64,000 bases of DNA from an uncultured Sporosarcina sp. (lineage in GTDB: Bacteria > Bacillota > Bacilli > Bacillales_A > Planococcaceae), in the NCBI GenBank assembly GCA_964632025.1, contig CAZWAW010000001.1, positions 6,519-70,518 of the forward strand. The letters are read 5' to 3'. Under the pieces are notes generated by a model, which did not search any database, was not told where the DNA came from, and saw only the letters and a program-made list of their open reading frames with translations. Made by a program: the position numbers and the translations under genes. Below are positions 56,960-64,000 of this stretch, in pieces (within the stretch, counting starts at the first letter, position 1; each line of letters opens with the position of its first letter).

Positions 56960-57997
56960 ATGGGGACATTAAAAATAGGAGTAATTGGGTGTGGAAGTAT
57001 TGCAAGAAGACGGCATTTACTAGAATATGAGGCGAACTCAAAAGTAGAAATTATAGCAGTTTGTGATATCGTTTCCGAAAGAGCAGATGAAATGGCTACC
57101 AAATATAATGCAAAAGCATTTGTTGATTACAAGAAATTATTAGCTATCGAAGATCTAGATGCTATTAGTGTTTGTCTACCGAATTATTTACATGCTACAG
57201 TTTCTATTGACGCTTTAAATGCAGGATGTCATGTGTTATGTGAAAAGCCAATGGCGATATCTAAAGAGGAAGCCGAAAATATGATCAAAGCCGCTGAAAA
57301 AAATGATAAGAAATTAATGATTGCTCACAACCAGCGATTTGTTTCGTCGCATCAAAAGGCAAAACAGTTAATTGATAATGGAGAGCTCGGGAAAATTTAT
57401 AGTTTTCGAACTACTTTCGGTCATCCGGGACCAGAGAAGTGGAGTATTGATGGAAAGGCGAGCTGGTTCTTTGATAAGGAAAAGGCATTTATTGGAGCTT
57501 TAGGAGATTTAGGTGTACATAAATCAGATCTAATGCGGTATCTTTTGGGTGAAATTGCCGAAGTAAGCGCGTTTGTAGAAACAAATGCAAAAGAGAATAC
57601 AACAATTGATGATAATGCCGTTTGTATAATGAAGACGGCAGATGGTGTGATTGGTACCCTAACTGCTAGCTGGTCTTATGTGGCAGGAGGAGACAATTCT
57701 ACAGTGATTTATGGTGAAAAAGCAATATTAAGATTAGAGGATGATCCAGTTTATTCTTTAATTATACAGTATGTAAATGGAGAAACGGTAAATTATGAAT
57801 TAGATAAAATTCAGACAAATGAAGTGGGCGGTCAAACAAATACTCATGTTATTGATCATTTCGTCGATTCTATCATCCATAACACGGAGCCCTTAATTAA
57901 TGGAGAAGAAGGCAAGAAGTCGTTAGAAGTTATTTTAGCAGCACTCGATTCGAGTACAACAAAGAAAATTATTCAACTAAATGCGGAAAGTAATTAG
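56960..57997 (+). CDS. Gfo/Idh/MocA family oxidoreductase
   Basis: ATG 56960 follows GGGGGA. It is colinear with 48058-49083, with roughly 70% identical residues by eye. Confidence 0.9.
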   Translation: MGTLKIGVIGCGSIARRRHLLEYEANSKVEIIAVCDIVSERADEMATKYNAKAFVDYKKLLAIEDLDAISVCLPNYLHATVSIDALNAGCHVLCEKPMAISKEEAENMIKAAEKNDKKLMIAHNQRFVSSHQKAKQLIDNGELGKIYSFRTTFGHPGPEKWSIDGKASWFFDKEKAFIGALGDLGVHKSDLMRYLLGEIAEVSAFVETNAKENTTIDDNAVCIMKTADGVIGTLTASWSYVAGGDNSTVIYGEKAILRLEDDPVYSLIIQYVNGETVNYELDKIQTNEVGGQTNTHVIDHFVDSIIHNTEPLINGEEGKKSLEVILAALDSSTTKKIIQLNAESN

Positions 57998-58112
57998 GGT
58001 AAAATAAAGATAATCGCAACAAGACAGAATTGAAGAGGGTTCTTAGTAGAGTGGTATTGTTCATTAGGCCCTTGAACACAAATATATGATTTTATTGGCA
58101 GAGGTGAATAAT

Positions 58113-58796
58113 GTGGAAAACTCTACTAGTCTTATGGGATCTCTTCACGGTTTATGTGATTGGATTATGAGGTTCTCTATTATTAATATGCTTTGGATAA
58201 TTTTTAATATACCCATTATCTTAGCTAGTATACTAATGATTTTTACAGAGCCAAAAGAAGGCTATTATGCCTTAGTAGTATTGATTGCTCTATTGATACC
58301 ATTACTATTTTTCCCTGCAACAACAGCAATGTTTGCATCAGTAAGACAATGGGTTATGCAAGGAACTATAAGTCCTTTGTTGAAATCTTATTGGGGTTAT
58401 TATAAAGAAAATTACAAGAAAAGTTTTCTTGGGGGACTTATTTTAACAGCTGCCTGGACAGTATTGATTGCGGATTATTATTACTTTGTTAATAGAAGCA
58501 CTCTCTGGTTGTATATAGTACTCATAATAGGAGTTTTCTTATTTGTTTTTTCGATGAATTTCTTTTCAGTTGTGTCACATTACAATTTAAGATTGTGGCC
58601 GCTATTTAAGAATGCATTGCTTGTTACAATAGGGAATCCGTTATTGACTGTAGTGGTTTTTATCGGGAGTAGTATCATTTTATATGTAAGTTTCTATATT
58701 CTTCTATTTTTAATTCCACTTTTTTCAGGAATACTAATAGCCTACTTATCATTTGTACTTTTTTATAGAATGTATTTAAAAACGACGACTATGTAA
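58113..58796 (+). CDS. YesL family (DUF624) membrane protein
   Basis: I prefer GTG 58113, 7 nt after AGAGGTG, because it aligns with the paralogue N-terminus (..SLMGSLHGLCDWIMRFSIINMLWIIFNIPI). Confidence 0.7.
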   Translation: MENSTSLMGSLHGLCDWIMRFSIINMLWIIFNIPIILASILMIFTEPKEGYYALVVLIALLIPLLFFPATTAMFASVRQWVMQGTISPLLKSYWGYYKENYKKSFLGGLILTAAWTVLIADYYYFVNRSTLWLYIVLIIGVFLFVFSMNFFSVVSHYNLRLWPLFKNALLVTIGNPLLTVVVFIGSSIILYVSFYILLFLIPLFSGILIAYLSFVLFYRMYLKTTTM

Positions 58797-58882
58797 ATGC
58801 GTACGAATTGAATAAAGGTTGAAAATAGTATTGAAATAAATTGTTTGAAATAGAGCTAATAAAAACTATGGAGGATAGATAA

Positions 58883-59851
58883 TTGAAACTTGGTGTATTT
58901 GCAGTTTTATTTTCACAAAAACCATTTGAAGAGATGCTCGATTATGTACAAGCCGCTGGTTTGCAGGCGATTGAAATTGGAACTGGTGGTAATCCTGGGG
59001 ATGCGCATTGTAATGTCGACGAACTTCTCGCAAGTGAAGACAAGCGGAAAGAATATCTTGAAAAAATCCATTCGCGTGGATTAACGATTAGTGCATTCAG
59101 TTGCCACGATAATCCGGTTTCCCCAAATAAACAAGTTGCACAAAATGCGCATGAAACGCTTGTAAAAACGATTAAACTAGCACAGTTATTAGATGTACCT
59201 GTCGTTAATACGTTTTCAGGAACACCGGGTTCGCATGACGGTTCCAAACATTCGAACTGGCCAATATCCCCGTGGCCAACGGAGTACTCAGATATTTATA
59301 ACTGGCAATGGGAACAAAAACTGATTCCTTATTGGAAAGAAATCGGGAAGTTGGCAGAAGATAGCGGCGTGAAAATCGGGATCGAGCTGCATGGTGGATT
59401 CTCCGTGCATACCCCTTACACATTGTTGAAATTAAGAGAAGCGACTTCACCTGCAATTGGTGCGAACCTAGATCCTAGTCATCTTTGGTGGCAAGGGATT
59501 GACCCAGTTGCAGCGATTAAAATTCTTGGTAAAGAAAATGCGATTCATCATTTCCATGCGAAAGATACCTTTATTGACCAAGAAAACGTCAATATGCATG
59601 GTCTAACAGATATGCAGCCTTACGGGGATGTGCAATCTCGTGCGTGGACATTCCGTTCTGTCGGATGTGGTCATAGCATTCAAGAATGGTCGGATATGAT
59701 GAGTGCACTTCGCACATATGGCTATGATTATGTTGTCAGCATTGAGCATGAAGATCCATTGATGTCAGTAGACGAAGGATTTTCACGTGCAGTTACGAAT
59801 TTGAAGTCGGTACTTATCAAAGATAAGCCCGTGGATATGTGGTGGGTGTAA
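58883..59851 (+). CDS. sugar phosphate isomerase/epimerase (xylose isomerase-like TIM barrel)
   Basis: A TTG start follows GGAGGA. By my manual count it has about 31 differences in 322 aa relative to 49106-50074. Confidence 0.85.
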   Translation: MKLGVFAVLFSQKPFEEMLDYVQAAGLQAIEIGTGGNPGDAHCNVDELLASEDKRKEYLEKIHSRGLTISAFSCHDNPVSPNKQVAQNAHETLVKTIKLAQLLDVPVVNTFSGTPGSHDGSKHSNWPISPWPTEYSDIYNWQWEQKLIPYWKEIGKLAEDSGVKIGIELHGGFSVHTPYTLLKLREATSPAIGANLDPSHLWWQGIDPVAAIKILGKENAIHHFHAKDTFIDQENVNMHGLTDMQPYGDVQSRAWTFRSVGCGHSIQEWSDMMSALRTYGYDYVVSIEHEDPLMSVDEGFSRAVTNLKSVLIKDKPVDMWWV

Positions 59852-59861
59852 GGAAATAAGT

Positions 59862-59906
59862 AGTTGTGACCTATGAACTTCTAGCTCATAGGTCACAACT
59901 TTATTT
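59862..59906 (+). terminator. rho-independent terminator
   Basis: 15-bp perfect stem agttgtgacctatga/tcataggtcacaact followed by ttattt. Confidence 0.65.
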
Positions 59907-59962
59907 GTCTATCTGTTAGTCAAGTATAATGGCATCAACTCAACTAATAAAAGGGAGATGGC

Positions 59963-61096
59963 ATGATGAAATCGATTAATATCGGGATGATAGGCTATAA
60001 ATTTATGGGGAAGGCACACAGCAATGCTTACCGTGCATTGCCAATGTTTTTTCCTAACAATATTCAGCCTAAGATGAAAGTTATCTGTGGAAGAAATGAA
60101 GAGGCTGTCTCCGAGGCAGCTAAGCAATTCGGTTGGGAAGAATATACGACAGACTGGAAAGACCTTTTGAAACGGGATGATATTGATTTAATCGATATAA
60201 ATGCACCGAGTAATGTACATAAAGAAATTGCGATTGAAGCCGCTAAAGCAGGAAAACATCTTTATTGTGAAAAGCCATTAGCTTTTACATTAAAGGATTC
60301 TCGTGAAATGCTGCTGGCCGCTGAAAAAGCGGGTGTAAAGCATATGGTTGGCTTTAATTATCGTTTTACGCCGGCTGTCATGCTTGCAAAAAAGTTAATT
60401 GTAGAAGGTCGTTTAGGGGAAATATACCATTATCGTGCGTGGTTTTTACAAGATTGGATTACAGATCCAGACTTCCCACTCGTATGGAGACTTCAAAAAG
60501 AAATTGCTGGCTCGGGTGCCCACGGTGATTTGGGGGCGCACCTTATTGATATGGCCCATTATTTGATTGGGGACATATCAGAAGTAATTGGTATGAGTGA
60601 GACATTTATTAAAGAAAGACCACTAAGTGGAGAAGGCACTAAAAAAGGGCCTGTTACGGTCGATGATGCAACATTGTTTTTAGCGAAATTTGCAAACGGA
60701 GCACTCGGTAGCTTTGAAGCAACACGTTTGGCAACAGGACATCGAAGTAAAAATTCATTTGAAATCAATGGTAGTAAGGGGAGTGTTATTTTTGATTTTG
60801 AGCGAATGAATGAACTGCAAGTTTATTTTGAGGATGATGCAGAAGATGTACAAGGATTCCGTCGAGTGTTGGCGACTGATTCTGCACATGCGTATTCCGA
60901 GGCGTGGTGGCCAACTGGGCATGCGATTGGCTACGAGCATACATTTACCCATGCATTTGTGGAGTTAATGGATGCTTTCCGTGAAGATCGGCAACCCGTC
61001 CCTAATTTTAAAGATGGGGTAAAATGTCAACAAGTTCTTGAGGCAGTCGATCAATCAATAGAAAAGAGACAATGGATTCAGGTATCGAACCTTTAA
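59963..61096 (+). CDS. Gfo/Idh/MocA family oxidoreductase
   Basis: 377 aa with N-terminus IGMIGYKFMGKAHSNAY and EKP motif (LYCEKPLA). Confidence 0.9.
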   Translation: MMKSINIGMIGYKFMGKAHSNAYRALPMFFPNNIQPKMKVICGRNEEAVSEAAKQFGWEEYTTDWKDLLKRDDIDLIDINAPSNVHKEIAIEAAKAGKHLYCEKPLAFTLKDSREMLLAAEKAGVKHMVGFNYRFTPAVMLAKKLIVEGRLGEIYHYRAWFLQDWITDPDFPLVWRLQKEIAGSGAHGDLGAHLIDMAHYLIGDISEVIGMSETFIKERPLSGEGTKKGPVTVDDATLFLAKFANGALGSFEATRLATGHRSKNSFEINGSKGSVIFDFERMNELQVYFEDDAEDVQGFRRVLATDSAHAYSEAWWPTGHAIGYEHTFTHAFVELMDAFREDRQPVPNFKDGVKCQQVLEAVDQSIEKRQWIQVSNL

Positions 61097-61167
61097 TGTT
61101 TTTTGAGGGAGTTAAGGTGAAATCTATGCAAGTTTGGAAGAAATCAATGAAAAATGGGGGAGAAAGA

Positions 61168-62268
61168 ATGGGGAAAGTAAAAGTAGGTATTATCGGTTGT
61201 GGAACAATTAGTTCTATTTATATGGAGAACATCCCGACCTTTAACAATCTTGAACTTGTTGCGTGTGCAGATTTAGATATAGATCGGGCGCGTGCTCAGG
61301 CGGAGAAATATCAGATTCCAGTGGCTTGCACGGTGAAAGAGTTATTAGAAAATCAAAATGTAGATTTAGTTATCAATTTAACAATCCCAAAGGCACACGC
61401 GGAAGTCGCGATTGAGGCGCTTAAAAATGGTAAGCATGTCTATGGTGAAAAGCCTTTAGCGGTCACACGTGAAGAAGGTAAAGAAATTTTAGCTATTGCC
61501 AAAGAAACAGGGCTACTTGTAGGGAGTGCGCCGGATACATTTTTAGGTGCGGGTGTCCAAACGGCTATCGATTTAATTGAAAAGGGTGAAATCGGCGTTC
61601 CGATTGGAGCTTCGGCCTTTATGATCGGACGCGGTCCTGAACATTGGCATCCAGATCCGATTTTTTATTATAAGGAAGGCGGCGGACCGATGTTTGATAT
61701 GGGTCCCTATTATTTAACAGCACTCATTGCTTTGTTGGGGCCAATTAAGCGACTTTCTGGTTCAGTTGGCATTAGTTATCTAGAACGAACGATTTTAAGC
61801 GAACCAAAAGCAGGTACAAAGATTATGGTAGAGACCCCGACACATATTGCAGGAACACTCGATTTTTCTTCTGGTGCAATCGGAACAATCACGACTAGTT
61901 TCGACGCATTTGGTGGGACAAGCCTTCCATCAATTGAGATATATGGCAGTGAAGGTACTATACTTGTTCCTGATCCGAATACGTTTGGTGGCCCCGTTCG
62001 ACTTCGAAAGCGGGACGAAAAAGAATTTGTTGATATCGAGTTAACCCATAATCATGATGCAAACAGTCGTGGAATTGGTGTTGCTGACATGGCGAAGGCA
62101 ATTTTAAGTGGTAGTTCATATCGAGCGAATGGGGAACTTGCTTACCATGTGCTTGAAGCAATGCATGGTTTCCATGATTCTTCTGAACAAGGAACGTTTT
62201 ATCATATGCAAAGTACCTGCGAGAGACCGGATCCACTGCCCGTTGACAATCAATTTTCACATGCATAA
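61168..62268 (+). CDS. Gfo/Idh/MocA family oxidoreductase
   Basis: ATG 61168 follows GGGGGAG (MGKVKVGIIGCGTISS). It has the EKP motif (VYGEKPLA). The track start at 61072 overlaps the previous gene and lacks an RBS. Confidence 0.85.
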   Translation: MGKVKVGIIGCGTISSIYMENIPTFNNLELVACADLDIDRARAQAEKYQIPVACTVKELLENQNVDLVINLTIPKAHAEVAIEALKNGKHVYGEKPLAVTREEGKEILAIAKETGLLVGSAPDTFLGAGVQTAIDLIEKGEIGVPIGASAFMIGRGPEHWHPDPIFYYKEGGGPMFDMGPYYLTALIALLGPIKRLSGSVGISYLERTILSEPKAGTKIMVETPTHIAGTLDFSSGAIGTITTSFDAFGGTSLPSIEIYGSEGTILVPDPNTFGGPVRLRKRDEKEFVDIELTHNHDANSRGIGVADMAKAILSGSSYRANGELAYHVLEAMHGFHDSSEQGTFYHMQSTCERPDPLPVDNQFSHA

Positions 62269-62292
62269 GCGTCAAATAATTCCCATCTAATT

Positions 62293-62570
62293 TTCGGGAT
62301 AGGGGGTATTCACAAATAAGGAATTGGTAGGCGGGGATCCGTAGATCGATATTGGGGTACAAATGCTAGATACTGCCCACTATCTGGCGGGATATTGAGA
62401 ACCTAACGTTGTGTTAGAAAAAACGCATCAAAAAATTGATTATCAAAAGGGTGTTGGACTGCTTGGAAGGAAAGACCCCATTAAGTACACCAGAACAAGG
62501 ACTTATCATTCAATAAATGGTGAATGCTATTTATGAATCTGCGGAAACTGGGAAAGCGATACAGTTTTGA
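62293..62570 (+). pseudogene. decayed, internally deleted copy of the 50224-51264 oxidoreductase gene
   Basis: Nucleotide similarity is visible by eye to ~50703-50880 (..gatcgatattgg..atgctagata..) and to 51165-51264 (aagaccccattaagtacaccagaacaagg.cttatcattcaa...gaatctgcggaaactgg.aaagc.atacagtttt.a). About 290 nt between these blocks are missing and stops are present. Confidence 0.75.
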
Positions 62571-62594
62571 GGTGCTATTAAAGAGATTTGAACC

Positions 62595-62647
62595 AAAAAG
62601 GTTGTGCAGTATGAATCTTGAATTCATACTGCACAACCTTTTTTTAT
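62595..62647. terminator. bidirectional rho-independent terminator
   Basis: 19-bp stem aaggttgtgcagtatgaat/attcatactgcacaacctt, flanked by A5 and T6 runs. It lies between convergent genes. Confidence 0.75.
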
Positions 62648-63585
62648 AAAGTAAGAATTTTTGTCACACTGCGAGAAATTTCATGCGTATTGATTGTAGA
62701 TTCTATCTGTTTGTTTTTCACGCATTTTATAAACTCTTCGACCTCATAGTACATAGAATCAAATTCATGTTTAACAGAGATATCTTCAGTTTGACCGTCT
62801 TTGTATTTGATAATAATCTGTTTAGGATCACTGATTCTATCGATTTCGATGACACCATTCTCACCCTGGATTTCATTGGCAGAATGGGAATCTGAAATTT
62901 TGGAGTACATAATAACAGCTTCAAATTCATCGTAATTTAAGATCATACTTCCTTGGCCATCTGCACCAGTGGATAGTAAATAAGAGTTTTTGAGTACAGA
63001 TTTAGGTTCACCGACTAGATGAATAATAGGCGCGATACAGTAAACACCTAAGTCCGTTTTGGCACCATTCCCCAGTTCGGGTTTAAAAGCATTTTCAATA
63101 ATACCTGCTTTGTATTTATCGTAACGCGAAGAGTATTGATTATAATGAAACACGAATCGTCGGAGTGGGCCAATTTTAGCTAGGTTCTCTTTCAAGTTGA
63201 GAAATGTAGGTGTAACCGTGGATTTCATAGCTTCCATATAGGTTGTTTGATATTCTTTAGATGCATTAATTACTTGATCCATTTCATTTACGGACGTGAC
63301 AGCCGGTTTTTCGCAAAGAACATGAATACCATTTTTCATGGCTAAGATACTTTGTTCTGCATGAAAGGAATTTGGTGATGCAATATAAACGGCCTCAATA
63401 TCACCGCTTTGAAACATTTCAAGCATATCTGTATACACGCGTTCGACATTATGTTTCTCTGCAAACGCTCTTCCTGTATCCTCAGTCCTTGAATAGACTG
63501 CACCGATGCTAAACTCGGGATGTTCTTTAGCTGCTGTAATTAATCGATCTGTAATCCAATTCGTTCCAATTATTCCGAACTTCAA
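62644..63585 (-). CDS. Gfo/Idh/MocA family oxidoreductase
   Basis: 313 aa with N-terminus MKFGIIGTNWIT and EKP motif (VLCEKPAV). Confidence 0.9.
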   Translation of the reverse strand: MKFGIIGTNWITDRLITAAKEHPEFSIGAVYSRTEDTGRAFAEKHNVERVYTDMLEMFQSGDIEAVYIASPNSFHAEQSILAMKNGIHVLCEKPAVTSVNEMDQVINASKEYQTTYMEAMKSTVTPTFLNLKENLAKIGPLRRFVFHYNQYSSRYDKYKAGIIENAFKPELGNGAKTDLGVYCIAPIIHLVGEPKSVLKNSYLLSTGADGQGSMILNYDEFEAVIMYSKISDSHSANEIQGENGVIEIDRISDPKQIIIKYKDGQTEDISVKHEFDSMYYEVEEFIKCVKNKQIESTINTHEISRSVTKILTL

Positions 63586-63641
63586 AGTAATTACCCCTTT
63601 TAGTAATTTTATTATGAATTGTACTTGTCACGTACGTAAAT

Positions 63642-64000
63642 CTAGCCCTCAATTCCAAATGAAAACACCGTCTGCTTTTCATATAATTCATTAGCCTTTA
63701 AGATAACGGGCGGAAAGCCCCCGTGATGCAAGGAGGCAGGGGAGGCTTGTGTTTCAAAACAGACACCTAAATAAGGTTTTGATTTACCTTCTGCTAGATT
63801 TAGCCCTTCATCGAGAGTATTCGATGTGTACATAACTACACCTGGTTGGTTGGTCTTAATCGTCATCACTCGACCACTTGTTTCTTCTTTTACACTGATG
63901 TTTTGATGTTGAGTTTGATTGAGAATAAAGTAATGATCATACCCATGATCAGCAACTCTACTTTGTGCTGAAAAGGAGTTAAAACCGTCAACAAGCTTCC
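63642..64000 (-). CDS. aldose 1-epimerase (galactose mutarotase family), 5' end beyond window
   Basis: The frame stays open to the window edge: ..DGFNSFSAQSRVADHGYDHYFILNQ...GVVMYTSN...KPYLGVCFETQASP. These are typical mutarotase C-terminal motifs. The track ORF starts at an internal Met. Confidence 0.8.
   Translation of the reverse strand, partial: KLVDGFNSFSAQSRVADHGYDHYFILNQTQHQNISVKEETSGRVMTIKTNQPGVVMYTSNTLDEGLNLAEGKSKPYLGVCFETQASPASLHHGGFPPVILKANELYEKQTVFSFGIEG

Noticed and set aside
61072-61167. Track start of the 61072-62268 ORF, which overlaps the preceding gene by 25 nt
   Set aside because: The internal ATG 61168 has a GGGGGAG RBS and yields the canonical MGKVKVGIIGCG Rossmann N-terminus. 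The upstream extension is unsupported.
1-64000. CRISPR arrays, rRNA or tRNA genes, IS elements
   Set aside because: I scanned for regularly spaced direct repeats, tRNA-like cloverleaf ends and transposase-like ORFs, and found none.

Overview
AT-rich Firmicutes-type chromosomal DNA, probably from a spore-forming Bacillales. The guess rests on gene content, Bacillus-like RBS, promoter and terminator syntax, a sporulenol-synthase remnant and a small spore-protein-like gene. No search was possible, so every family call comes from motifs I recognise by eye. Most of the window is ordinary metabolism and transport:
- a preQ1-riboswitch-controlled queCDE operon
- a prolyl 4-hydroxylase and a LysM-SH3-NlpC/P60 cell-wall hydrolase
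- a TetR regulator with an RND efflux pump
- a five-gene Opp/Dpp-type peptide ABC operon
- MFS, AGCS, DAACS and urea transporters
- a TetR/BCCT/CocE-NonD hydrolase module and a proline dehydrogenase
- from about 41 kb to the window end, a large carbohydrate island made of two paralogous cassettes (YesL, sugar ABC transporter, LacI, ThuA, six Gfo/Idh/MocA oxidoreductases and three xylose-isomerase-like TIM-barrel enzymes) plus a decayed seventh oxidoreductase copy

The stand-out feature is an isolated two-gene operon at 28906-33542 in the centre of the window. It encodes a 1,286-aa Upf1/DNA2-like SF1B helicase whose ATPase core is interrupted by a roughly 530-aa coiled coil. The helicase also carries a roughly 320-aa unassignable N-terminal domain. 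Its stop codon overlaps the open frame of a 252-259-aa winged-helix protein. I recognise no nuclease, methylase or other effector. The operon is insulated by terminators on both sides and sits among unrelated transport genes of opposite orientation. I propose it as a candidate uncharacterised defence or genome-surveillance system.

Other points:
- an unusual number of gene remnants (at least seven)
- a G+C-rich, highly structured ~300-nt element of unknown class next to queE
- a perfect 18-bp inverted repeat at the break point of a small ORF just upstream of the helicase operon
- two distinct LacI-type operator families
- a family of sequence-related terminator hairpins

I saw no rRNA, tRNA, CRISPR array, transposase or integrase.
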